Shown: one piece after another, positions 27,207-36,611 of the stretch
Layout: each line of letters opens with the position of its first letter
Position numbering within the stretch: the first letter of the stretch is position 1
Origin: an uncultured Clostridia bacterium
Lineage (GTDB): Bacteria > Bacillota > Clostridia > TANB77 > CAG-508
Direction: 5' to 3'
Assembly: GCA_944391645.1 (NCBI GenBank)
Contig: CALXUH010000100.1
Location: forward strand, 1-37,488
DNA: 37,488 nucleotides
Program-made: the position numbers and the translations under genes
The notes under the pieces: generated by a model
The model's input: only the letters and a program-made list of their open reading frames with translations
Databases searched by the model: none
What the model was told of the DNA's origin: nothing

Positions 27207-28823
27207 ATGTCTACTTGTTTAGGATTATTTATACAAAACAATTTAATAAAATATGCAAAAGTTTCAAAGGACAACGAAAATTTTAAAATAGAAAATTACG
27301 GAGTAAAGTTTTTTGAACAAGATTCAACCAGAGAAATAGAAAAAATAATAGATGAAACATTTAGCTATAAAACACCAATAAGTACTAATTTATCTAATGA
27401 AAAATATACAAATGCTGAAATATTTGGATTACTAAGCGAGGCAGATCAGAAGAAAAGTATAAAAACAGAATTTGATTTTTTCTATAACCAGGCAGGGAAA
27501 AACAGATTGACTGTTGATTATAGAACTGTTATATCTGATGATATTAAAAATACTGACAAGAAAAATGTACTTTATGTATATTCTGAAAAAGGAAATATAG
27601 CTGAAAAATTACAAGCTTTAGATAATTATAAATTAACAAGTTTATGCCCTACAGCATTAACTATTCCATTATTACAAGATGAGGGTAACTGCATAATTGT
27701 TAATATTGAAGATAGAACAGAAGTTACAACAGTTGTAAATAATAAACCAGCTTATGTTGATGTAATTGACATAGGAATGGAAGAAATATTAAAAAATATA
27801 GCTAAAAAAGAAAATTCAATAAGTAAAGCATATGAAATATGCAAAAATACAACATTATATACTCAAAGCAGTCAAAATTTGCAAATAGAAAGCAATGAAT
27901 ATTTAGAAATTATTGTTCCAAGTATTTACAAAATAATGGAGCAGGTAAAACAAATAATAGATAAAAATGATATGGATATAAAGAAAATATATCTTACAGG
28001 TACAGGAATTATAATAAATAACATTGATTTATATTTCCAAGAAAATTTCTTAGATTATAAATGTGAGATTTTAGCACCATATTTTATAGATAAAACAAAT
28101 TTACAATTAAATATAAAAGACTATTTAGAAGTTAACTCTGCAATTTCTCTTGCATTACAGGAAATTACAAGGAAAAACAAAAATATAAGTTTTGTAAATA
28201 AATCTGAAAAATGGGATAAAATAAAAGATTTATTAAATAGTGACATTAAAACAATAAGCAAAAAACAAATAACTACTAAAGATGGAAGAAAAAAACCATT
28301 AATAGATTTTTCAATAAAACAAACAAGTTGTATAAGATTTGCTTATGGTACGTTTTGCTTATTAGCTATTTATACTGCTATTACTACATTATTACATAGC
28401 AATATAAATAATAAAATTGCAGAAACTCAAGAAGTAATAGATGACACTACTTCAAAAACAGAAAACATTTCAAAACAGACAGCATTAATTAATTCAAGGG
28501 CAGATACTTATCAAGAAATATTAACTCAACTAAATGAAGCAGATGAACAAGAATCGTTAGCAAATGGAAGTAAAAATGCTATTCCAAATTTATTAAGCCA
28601 GATAATGTTTGCAGTTCCAAAGGAAGTACAAATATTATTAATACAAAACACTAATGAAAAACATATAACAATAGAAGCACAATCAAGTGAATATCAGTAT
28701 TTAGGATATTTAAAAGCTGAATTACAAAACAGAGCAATATTAATAAATGTTACTTCAACATCAGGTACAAGAGAAAGTAATGATATGATAAAGGTTACAA
28801 TAGAGGGAGACTTAAATTATTAA
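27207..28823 (+). CDS. pilMN: Type IV pilus assembly protein, PilM-PilN fusion-like
   Basis: N-terminal actin-like domain (CLGLFIQNNLIKYAKV, LTGTGIIINNID), one central TM (FAYGTFCLLAIYTAITTLL), then a coiled-coil and a periplasmic-type domain. Operon context supports the call. Confidence 0.6.
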   Translation: MSTCLGLFIQNNLIKYAKVSKDNENFKIENYGVKFFEQDSTREIEKIIDETFSYKTPISTNLSNEKYTNAEIFGLLSEADQKKSIKTEFDFFYNQAGKNRLTVDYRTVISDDIKNTDKKNVLYVYSEKGNIAEKLQALDNYKLTSLCPTALTIPLLQDEGNCIIVNIEDRTEVTTVVNNKPAYVDVIDIGMEEILKNIAKKENSISKAYEICKNTTLYTQSSQNLQIESNEYLEIIVPSIYKIMEQVKQIIDKNDMDIKKIYLTGTGIIINNIDLYFQENFLDYKCEILAPYFIDKTNLQLNIKDYLEVNSAISLALQEITRKNKNISFVNKSEKWDKIKDLLNSDIKTISKKQITTKDGRKKPLIDFSIKQTSCIRFAYGTFCLLAIYTAITTLLHSNINNKIAETQEVIDDTTSKTENISKQTALINSRADTYQEILTQLNEADEQESLANGSKNAIPNLLSQIMFAVPKEVQILLIQNTNEKHITIEAQSSEYQYLGYLKAELQNRAILINVTSTSGTRESNDMIKVTIEGDLNY

Positions 28824-28879
28824 TATAAACATATCAGAAAAATTTAATATATAAAAATATAAATTATAGGAGTTAACAG

Positions 28880-29497
28880 ATGAAAAAGTTATTAATTTCA
28901 ATCATTGGATTTATATTATTAATTTTAATTTGTGTTGCTGCAATTAAAGGCATTTATATTGGAAAAATATCAATATATAGTGTAAAAGACATAAAAGAAC
29001 AAAGTTTAAATTTAGATAAAAAAATCGAAGAAGCGAATACACAAATTAATCAAAATTATGCCAAAAGTGTAAATGATATAAAAACAGCAGCAACTAATTT
29101 ATTAAATTTAAAAGAGGAATATGAAAACAGAGTTGGACTAAATGGAAATATTGGTATAACGCAAATAGAAAAATATAAAATAGAATATTTATGGGGAACT
29201 ATAGGTGGATATGGAAAAGATAATGGAATAAAAATAGATTCATTAGAAATACAAGAAACATCTATAGAAGATACCTATAATATTAATTTTACATTATATG
29301 GTTCATATGTTGGAATTACTGATTTTATATATGATATAGAAAATGATGATGAGCTAAATTATAGAATAAAAAATTTTAAAATGGAGCCTTCAACAATATC
29401 ATCAAAAACTACATCAGATAATGAGGTTACATCTGTTGATACAAATACTTTAAAGGCTACATTCGTTGTGGAGAATATTATTATTAAATTTGATTAA
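28880..29497 (+). CDS. PilO-like pilus assembly protein
   Basis: N-terminal TM, coiled-coil and C-terminal globular domain. It sits directly after pilMN. Confidence 0.45.
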   Translation: MKKLLISIIGFILLILICVAAIKGIYIGKISIYSVKDIKEQSLNLDKKIEEANTQINQNYAKSVNDIKTAATNLLNLKEEYENRVGLNGNIGITQIEKYKIEYLWGTIGGYGKDNGIKIDSLEIQETSIEDTYNINFTLYGSYVGITDFIYDIENDDELNYRIKNFKMEPSTISSKTTSDNEVTSVDTNTLKATFVVENIIIKFD

Positions 29498-29508
29498 GGA
29501 GAATAAAA

Positions 29509-29892
29509 ATGATAAAATCTGTTTTTAAGGAAATAATAATAGCTTTATTGTTAATAATAATTATATTATTGTTATTAGGTATTTTATTTTATGATTATAT
29601 TCCTAATAGTAAAACCATACCATCTAAAGTTCAGGAATATGCATTAGAAGAAAATGTTAGATCTGAATTAGATAAGGAACTTAATAATTTAAACTCTGAA
29701 GAAATTATTAAAACATATAGATTAGATTCAACAGATATCGAAAATTATGAAAAAACAAATGAATATGATAAAGGAAAAATAAATCCTTTTGCAGAGTATA
29801 GTGGAGATGTTAATGGTACAGAAAATAATATATCTAATAATGTAAATAATAATACGTCAACTGATAATTTCTTAAACTCAGTAGGCAAATAA
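29509..29892 (+). CDS. Single-pass membrane protein of unknown function in the pilus operon
   Basis: TM IIIALLLIIIILLLLGILF, then an acidic, Asn-rich tail. Confidence 0.45.
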   Translation: MIKSVFKEIIIALLLIIIILLLLGILFYDYIPNSKTIPSKVQEYALEENVRSELDKELNNLNSEEIIKTYRLDSTDIENYEKTNEYDKGKINPFAEYSGDVNGTENNISNNVNNNTSTDNFLNSVGK

Positions 29893-29951
29893 TTTTTGGT
29901 AATATTTATTTATATAAATTTACAACTACATAAAAAAAGGAGGGACAAAGG

Positions 29952-30200
29952 ATGAGAAGTCAAAAAGGTATAACATTAATTGCATTAGTTATAACAATTA
30001 TCGTTATGTTAATTCTAGTAGCAGTAACAATTACAATGGCTATCAATGGTGGTTTGTTTGAAAAAGCTGGTGAAGCATCAAGAGAAACAAACGAAGCATT
30101 ACAAGGAGAACAAGCAATTGGTAATGGTACAGTTACAGTTAACGGAGTAGGAAATGATGTTGCAATAAATGATATAGTTGATCATTATATTTCACAATAA
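29952..30200 (+). CDS. Short type IV pilin (82-aa precursor, 76-aa predicted mature)
   Basis: MRSQKG|ITLIALVITIIVMLILVAV is a class III signal. RBS aaggaggg. No Cys residues. Ala (gca 29982-29984) occupies mature position +5. Confidence 0.75.
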   Translation: MRSQKGITLIALVITIIVMLILVAVTITMAINGGLFEKAGEASRETNEALQGEQAIGNGTVTVNGVGNDVAINDIVDHYISQ

Positions 30201-30213
30201 AATTATGAGAAGA

Positions 30214-30246
30214 AGGCATATACATGATAATATATATGTATATGCC
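30214..30246 (+). terminator. Perfect 12-bp hairpin after the pilin gene (attenuator or mRNA stabiliser)
   Basis: aggcatatacat (30214-30225) / atgtatatgcct (30235-30246), with no T tract. Confidence 0.4.
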
Positions 30247-30273
30247 TAAACTTCTATATTAAGGGAAAAAAAG

Positions 30274-31026
30274 ATGATAGCAGAGGTCGTTTTTTACATA
30301 GCCTTTTATATAATAGGAGTTGTATTAGGAAGTTTTTTTACTTTAGCAATATATAGAATTCCATTGAAACAAGATATTTTATATAAAAGGTCATATTGTC
30401 CAAAGTGTGGAAACAAGTTAAAATCAAAAGATTTAATACCAATATTAAGTTATTTATTTTTAAAGGGTAAGTGTAGGTATTGCAATGAAAAAATAAGCGC
30501 AAGGTATATCATTATAGAGTTTTTTTCAGGTCTTTTTTACCTTTTATTTGTGTTATCTTTAAAAATAGATATTTTTAGTTTTAATGTTATAAAAATAGTA
30601 CAGTTAATATATGGAACATTAATAATTAGTAGTTTCTTTATTATTGGAGGAATAGAAAAAGAAACTAAACAGCTATCTACAGGAACAGTTATTTTTGGTA
30701 TTATTGCTAATATTTTTTATATGATATATCTATACATACTAGGCAATAATATTTATAGATATATTATATACTTAATAATTATAGTAACAATATATATTCT
30801 TGGGAAAATATTAAATACACAAAGAAAAATTTATGACATATCAATATTGATTCTATTTAGTATAATTGCCACAAACGAAATAATATTTATAATGAGCACA
30901 ATTGTTACATTATTTATGTGTTTTATATCATATTTTTTGCATAAAAAAATTATCAATTATATGTTTTATTTCAGCTTTTTAAATATATTATTTATAATTG
31001 TATTTAATTTTGTAACTATAATGTAG
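30274..31026 (+). CDS. pilD: Prepilin peptidase homolog (A24 family) with atypical active-site motifs
   Basis: N-terminal CPKCGNKL...DLIPILSYLFLKGKCRYCNEKISARY (DiS_P_DiS-like) and a polytopic C-terminus. Confidence 0.7.
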   Translation: MIAEVVFYIAFYIIGVVLGSFFTLAIYRIPLKQDILYKRSYCPKCGNKLKSKDLIPILSYLFLKGKCRYCNEKISARYIIIEFFSGLFYLLFVLSLKIDIFSFNVIKIVQLIYGTLIISSFFIIGGIEKETKQLSTGTVIFGIIANIFYMIYLYILGNNIYRYIIYLIIIVTIYILGKILNTQRKIYDISILILFSIIATNEIIFIMSTIVTLFMCFISYFLHKKIINYMFYFSFLNILFIIVFNFVTIM

Positions 31027-31049
31027 AAAAATTAATAATAGGAGATTAT

Positions 31050-31472
31050 ATGGATTTAAAACAAAATAAAGGTATTGGAATGACAGATGCAATAATTGCA
31101 GTTGTAATACTTGTTATTTTTACAGGTATTATTGTATCTATATCATATAACGTTTATATACAATCGAATTTTATAAAAAGAAATGAACAGGCAACAAGTT
31201 ATAATGTGGAGGTTATTGAATATGCACAAGCATGTTCATATAAAGATGTGGATACACAAGTATTAATTGATTATATAAGTAATAAATATGATAATGTAAA
31301 TGTGCTAGAAGGAGAATATAATCAAGGGGATCCGGATTATGAGGGCTATACAATTTTTATTAATGTTACTGACAAATATCCTAATTATGCTAAACAATTA
31401 AATATTACTACTTTGTATAAACTAGGAAATAAATATAGAAATGTAAATATGAAGACACTCATTTATAAATAA
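31050..31472 (+). CDS. Minor pilin / pseudopilin-like protein
   Basis: MDLKQNKG|IGMTDAIIAVVILVIFTGII has an acidic Asp at +5. 140 aa. Confidence 0.5.
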   Translation: MDLKQNKGIGMTDAIIAVVILVIFTGIIVSISYNVYIQSNFIKRNEQATSYNVEVIEYAQACSYKDVDTQVLIDYISNKYDNVNVLEGEYNQGDPDYEGYTIFINVTDKYPNYAKQLNITTLYKLGNKYRNVNMKTLIYK

Positions 31473-31499
31473 GATACAAGAAGAAAGGAGTTTGAGGTT

Positions 31500-33128
31500 A
31501 TGGAAGCAAATAAAAGAGGACCTATAGGAATAGAGCTTGTAAGAAGAGGATTGTTATCACAGTCAGATATTAATAGGGCATTAGAATATCAAAGAAAACA
31601 TCCTAAGAAAAAAATAGTAGAAATAGTTAGAACTTTAAATTTGTGTAATGAATATGAATTATTAAATGCATTAGGAGAAATATTAGGTGAAAAAGTAATA
31701 ATGCTAACACAAAATGATGTACAGTTAAATATAAATCAATATATTTCTTTAGATGTAGCTAATAAATACAAGGCAGTTCCTTTCCAAATAAATGGTAATA
31801 AAATTAAAGTTTGCTTTTCTGACACGTTAAATAAAGAAGCAGTTGATACAATAAAATTGATACTTTTAAATAAAGGGCTAGTAATGGACAGATATATTAG
31901 CTTTGAAAATAATGTATTGGATGTGTTAAAAAATTTTGAAGTAAATTCAATTGAAAATATAGAAACTACCGGTGATGCTACAATTTTAGTTGATACTATA
32001 ATTAGAACAGCAATGCAGAAAAGAGCAAGTGATATTCATATAGAACCATTAGAAGACACAATAAGAGTAAGATATAGAATAGACGGAGAATTAATAAAGG
32101 CAACTGAAATAAAAAAAGAAAAGCAACAACAATTGATAGGAAGATTAAAATCGATATCTAATATGTTCCAAGAAAAACAGGAATCACAAGATGGAAGAAT
32201 AGTTTTATATCCGGAATATAATATACGTGTTTCTTCTCAAAAAAATATATATGGTGAAAAATTTGTTTTAAGATTATTAAAGAAAAATATGACTATAAGA
32301 GGATTACAAGAATTAGGATTTCCTAAAAGTGATGATGAGGCAAGAAAAATATTTAATAAAAGAAATAGTATTACAATTGTTGCTGCACCTACAGGAGAAG
32401 GAAAAACTACAACATTATATAGTATAATAGATTCTTTAAATAGACCAGGAATTAATATAACAACAATTGAGGACCCAGTTGAAATACGTATAAGAGGATT
32501 AAACCAAATTGAAATAGATGAAAAACTACGTTTTGCAGATTCATTAAGAACAGTTTTAAGACAAGACCCTGATATCATTTTGGTAGGAGAAATAAGAGAT
32601 AATGAAACTGCTGAAATAGCTGTACAAGCAGGTCAAACAGGGCACTATGTTTTATCTACAATTCATACAATTGATAGTATTGAAGTTATAACTAGACTAA
32701 GAAAAATGGGATTATCTAATTATGATATTGCAAGTACAATAGCAAATGTTATATCTCAAAGACTTATTAGAAAAGTGTGCCCACACTGTGCCAAAAAAAG
32801 AGAATTTACTGAAACTGAAAAAGCAATAATTAAAAAAATTTATGATAAATATAATGTAAATACTAATCTAGATGATAAATTCACATATGATATTGTGGGT
32901 TGCGATAAATGTAATGGCAGTGGGTATTACGATAGAATAGCAATTTATGAGATTTTAGAATTGAATGATGAATTAAAAGAAGCAATAATAAAGAATGAAT
33001 CAAGTATAGAAATAAAGAAAAAAGCACTAGGATATGGTTATAAACCATTTGTAGTTGATGCAATGGATAAAGTAGTTGATGGAGAAACGACGATAGATGA
33101 AGTAAATAGAAAACTTATTATATTTTAA
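31500..33128 (+). CDS. pilB: Type IV pilus assembly ATPase PilB (GspE family)
   Basis: N-terminal T2SSE_N-like region, Walker A AAPTGEGKTTTLYS, Asp box, VGEIRDNETA, and the tetracysteine motif CPHC...CDKC. Confidence 0.88.
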   Translation: MEANKRGPIGIELVRRGLLSQSDINRALEYQRKHPKKKIVEIVRTLNLCNEYELLNALGEILGEKVIMLTQNDVQLNINQYISLDVANKYKAVPFQINGNKIKVCFSDTLNKEAVDTIKLILLNKGLVMDRYISFENNVLDVLKNFEVNSIENIETTGDATILVDTIIRTAMQKRASDIHIEPLEDTIRVRYRIDGELIKATEIKKEKQQQLIGRLKSISNMFQEKQESQDGRIVLYPEYNIRVSSQKNIYGEKFVLRLLKKNMTIRGLQELGFPKSDDEARKIFNKRNSITIVAAPTGEGKTTTLYSIIDSLNRPGINITTIEDPVEIRIRGLNQIEIDEKLRFADSLRTVLRQDPDIILVGEIRDNETAEIAVQAGQTGHYVLSTIHTIDSIEVITRLRKMGLSNYDIASTIANVISQRLIRKVCPHCAKKREFTETEKAIIKKIYDKYNVNTNLDDKFTYDIVGCDKCNGSGYYDRIAIYEILELNDELKEAIIKNESSIEIKKKALGYGYKPFVVDAMDKVVDGETTIDEVNRKLIIF

Positions 33129-33143
33129 ATAAAGGAGAAACAA

Positions 33144-34241
33144 ATGGTAGATATTAATAGAGTTTTAAAATATGCCAAAGATTTTGATGCATCAGATGTA
33201 CATTTAGTACCAGGAAGAAAACCAACTGTTAGAATTGCAAGGGAATTAAAGGAAATTGAGGAAGAAGAAGATTTAACTGAAAATGATATGTATGAAATAT
33301 ATGATTATTTCATTAGAGGGAATGTAGACAGAGATGAAATTTATAACCAAACAAGACAATTAGATATTTCATATGAATTTGATGATATAAGATTAAGGGT
33401 TAACATATCTTCTTTTGATGGAATCCCAATATTTACATTAAGATTAATAAAGAATGAATTACCAAAATTTGAAGAATTAGGCGTACCAGATATAGTAAGA
33501 CGTATGATGTACCAGCCACAAGGATTAATATTAGTTACAGGTAAAACAAACTCTGGAAAAACAACAACCTTAAATGCGTTGATAGATGAAGTAAACAGAA
33601 ATGTTAATAAAAAGATTTTAACATTAGAAAAACCAGTTGAATTTAAACATAAATCAAAAAAATCATTAATCGTACAAAAAGAAGTAGGAAAAGGAAAAGA
33701 TACATTAACATTTAAAGAAGGCGTAAAAAATTCTTTAAGAGAAGACTGTGATATATTAGTAATAGGAGAAATAAGAGATAAAGAAACAATGGAAGCTGCA
33801 ATAGATATGGCAGAATCTGGACATTTAGTAATAGGTACTTTGCATACAAAATCTTGTGCAGAAACAATAGATAGAATAATTAATTTTTATGAAGTAAGGG
33901 ATCAAGCAAGTATAAAATATCTTATGTCAGCACTTTTAAAATTAGTAGTATCACAAAGATTAATTAGAGGAATGGATGGTAAATTGGTTTTAATACCAGA
34001 AGTTATGATAGTAGATAATGTTGTGGCAGGTTGTATAAGAAAAGAAAAATTTAGTGTTTCTGAATTAGAAGATGCAATTCAAAGCAATATAGATAAAGGA
34101 AATATAAGTTTAATAAATTCTATTGCCGAGGCTTATGTGGCAAATAGGATTAATTTAGAACAAGCAAAAGCACAAATAGAAGAAAAAAATATAGAAGTTT
34201 TAAATAGAACAATAATGCAAATGAAAATGAGAAATATGTAA
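33144..34241 (+). CDS. pilT: Type IV pilus retraction ATPase PilT
   Basis: ASDVHLVPG, Walker A GKTNSGKTTTLNAL, IGEIRDKETM and GHLVIGTLHT. The 365-aa size is typical of PilT. Confidence 0.85.
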   Translation: MVDINRVLKYAKDFDASDVHLVPGRKPTVRIARELKEIEEEEDLTENDMYEIYDYFIRGNVDRDEIYNQTRQLDISYEFDDIRLRVNISSFDGIPIFTLRLIKNELPKFEELGVPDIVRRMMYQPQGLILVTGKTNSGKTTTLNALIDEVNRNVNKKILTLEKPVEFKHKSKKSLIVQKEVGKGKDTLTFKEGVKNSLREDCDILVIGEIRDKETMEAAIDMAESGHLVIGTLHTKSCAETIDRIINFYEVRDQASIKYLMSALLKLVVSQRLIRGMDGKLVLIPEVMIVDNVVAGCIRKEKFSVSELEDAIQSNIDKGNISLINSIAEAYVANRINLEQAKAQIEEKNIEVLNRTIMQMKMRNM

Positions 34242-34259
34242 GACATATAGGAGGAAAAA

Positions 34260-35606
34260 ATGCCTTTATTTAAATATAAAGCAGTAACAAAATCTGGAGA
34301 AGTTGTAGAAAATAGAGTTGATGCTGCAAACCAATTTATATTAATAAAAAAATTAAAAAGAAATGAATTATTACCAATTGAAGTTGTTCAAATAAGTTCA
34401 TTAATATCAAAGAAAAATAAAAAACAGAAGAAAAATATAGAATCTAATAACAGTGTTCTTAAATCAATAAGAAATGAAGAAATTAGGAAAAGTTTAGTAT
34501 CAAAACCAAGTGTAATAACTAAGATAAAAAGAGCACTAAATAAGAATGCTAAAATAACAAAAAGAGATATAGCAATTTTTACGGAAAACTTTTATTTATT
34601 AAAAAAAGCAAACTTTAATAATATTCATGCTCTTTCAACAATCATTAATACTACTGAAAATGAAAGCTTTAAAGTAATATTAGAAGACATACTTTTAGGA
34701 GTAGAAGCTGGGGATAATATGTATGTTACAATGGAATATTACGAGGGAGTTTTTCCGCCAATATATATTAATATGATTAAAGTTGGTGAAATGTCAGGAT
34801 CATTAACAAATGCTCTAAAGCAGGCAAGAGAATATTTAGATGAAACAATGGCATTAAACAAAAAAATAAAAGAAATATTAGTTCCAAATATAGTACAATT
34901 TGTTGTTTTACTTATTCTGCTTGTTGCAGCAACACTTATAATGATTCCTATTTTGCAGGATACTTTAAACAGTGTTGGAAGTTCAGATCAGCTTCCTGCA
35001 ATAACTTTATGGTTTGCAGATTTTTTAAATAATTTTATAAATATTTGGTATATTCCTTTTGGAATAATTGCTGTAATTGCTTTAGTTATTTATTTATATG
35101 TTAGAACACCAAAAGGTAAATATAATTTTCATTATTTTAAATATAAAATGCCTGTATTTGGTCCATTAATTTATGCAATAGAATTTACAAGGCTAATACA
35201 AGGACTATTACTAAATTTAAGGAATGGTATGAGAATACAAGATGCACTAGAAACATGTAAAAACATATCAAATAATTTAGTAATGCTATCATTAATTGAA
35301 TCGGCAATAAATAACTTATTAATAGGTGGATCTTGGATAGAACCGTTTGAGAAATCTGGACTTTCATCACAAATGGTTACAGAAATGCTAAGAATAGGTA
35401 TGCAAACAGATTTAACTGAAATGATGGAAAAACTATTAGAATATATGCAAATAGACATTGATAATATAATGAAAAGGATAATGAAGGTATTACCACAAAT
35501 AGTTTACACTATTGCAGGTGTAATGTTAATTTTTGTTACTATAGTTGTTCTTGTACCAATGATACAAATGTATATGGGAACTTGGATGTTCTCGGCATAT
35601 TTATAA
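34260..35606 (+). CDS. pilC: Type IV pilus platform protein PilC (GspF family)
   Basis: Two GspF-type repeats (ILEDILLGVEAGDNM..., IQDALETCKNISNN...) with three TM segments. Confidence 0.85.
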   Translation: MPLFKYKAVTKSGEVVENRVDAANQFILIKKLKRNELLPIEVVQISSLISKKNKKQKKNIESNNSVLKSIRNEEIRKSLVSKPSVITKIKRALNKNAKITKRDIAIFTENFYLLKKANFNNIHALSTIINTTENESFKVILEDILLGVEAGDNMYVTMEYYEGVFPPIYINMIKVGEMSGSLTNALKQAREYLDETMALNKKIKEILVPNIVQFVVLLILLVAATLIMIPILQDTLNSVGSSDQLPAITLWFADFLNNFINIWYIPFGIIAVIALVIYLYVRTPKGKYNFHYFKYKMPVFGPLIYAIEFTRLIQGLLLNLRNGMRIQDALETCKNISNNLVMLSLIESAINNLLIGGSWIEPFEKSGLSSQMVTEMLRIGMQTDLTEMMEKLLEYMQIDIDNIMKRIMKVLPQIVYTIAGVMLIFVTIVVLVPMIQMYMGTWMFSAYL

Positions 35607-35679
35607 AATATATGGTTCAGGCCAAGTAAACATGGTAAAGTTTATTTCGGTCTGGACTATTATTATTAGAGGAGGAATT

Positions 35680-36573
35680 ATGAAAATAGGAATTGATATA
35701 GGTGGAAACCATATAGCAGTTGGTTTAATTAATCAAATGGGAACAATAATATGTAAATCAGAAAAAGAAATAAATAATAAATTAATTGCTAAGGACTTTC
35801 CAAAAATACTTTTAAGAACAATAATTGAGCAAATAGAAAATGTTCTTAAGGAATCAAAAAAGAATATAAGTACTGTAAACTTAATTGGTATTGCAGTACC
35901 GGGAATGGTTTCAGAAACAAGCATAATAAAAGCAGAAAACTTACATATAGAAAATATGCCAATTGTAAAAGAAATTAATAAGTTTTATAATATACCCATA
36001 AAATTAAGAAATGATGCAAAGTGTGCAGCTTTAGCAGAAAAAGAATATGGTAGTTTAAAAAAATCAAATGATGCAATATTTTTAACTTTAGGTACAGGAA
36101 TAGGTGGAGCAGTATTTTTAAATGGAGAATTACTAGTACCAAAAAAATATGAGGGTTTTGAAATAGGTCATATGGTAATAGAAAAAAATGGAATACAATG
36201 TAACTGTGGAAGAAAAGGATGTTTTGAAAAATATGCATCTATGAATGCTCTGAAAGAAAAAATTGCAAAAAAAATAGGTAAAGAAAATATATCAGCAGAA
36301 GAATTAAAAAACATATTAAGAAATACTGAATTTAATAATGTTGTAGATGAATATATTGAGGATTTAAGTTTGGGGATTTCTAATTTAATAAATATTTTTG
36401 AACCAGAAGTAATAGCAATTGGAGGGAGTTTTGCATATTTTGAAAAGACTCTTTTTAATAAATTAAATGTTAGATTAAAGCAAGAAGAATTATTTAATAA
36501 AAATAATATACCTAAATTAGTTCTTGCAAAATTAAAAAATGATGCAGGAATAGTCGGATCAGTGTTAAATTAA
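35680..36573 (+). CDS. ROK family sugar kinase (glucokinase-like)
   Basis: MKIGIDIGGNHIAVG, LTLGTGIGGAV and the zinc motif GHMVIEKNGIQCNCGRKGCFE. ATG 35680 follows RBS agaggagg. The ORF-track start at 35632 is upstream read-through. Confidence 0.85.
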   Translation: MKIGIDIGGNHIAVGLINQMGTIICKSEKEINNKLIAKDFPKILLRTIIEQIENVLKESKKNISTVNLIGIAVPGMVSETSIIKAENLHIENMPIVKEINKFYNIPIKLRNDAKCAALAEKEYGSLKKSNDAIFLTLGTGIGGAVFLNGELLVPKKYEGFEIGHMVIEKNGIQCNCGRKGCFEKYASMNALKEKIAKKIGKENISAEELKNILRNTEFNNVVDEYIEDLSLGISNLINIFEPEVIAIGGSFAYFEKTLFNKLNVRLKQEELFNKNNIPKLVLAKLKNDAGIVGSVLN

Positions 36574-36577
36574 TTAA

Positions 36578-36606
36578 ATAACCAGCTCAATTTAGAGCTG
36601 GTTATT
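36578..36606. terminator. Bidirectional terminator between the ROK kinase (+) and ORF 36612-37202 (-)
   Basis: 12-bp stem aataaccagctc / gagctggttatt. Confidence 0.6.
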
Positions 36607-36611
36607 ACAAA

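Noticed and set aside
35632-35679. Upstream extension of the ROK kinase ORF (MVKFISVWTIIIRGGI)
   Set aside because: The strong RBS agaggagg sits inside the extension, directly before ATG 35680. ROK kinases begin at the MKIGIDIGG motif.
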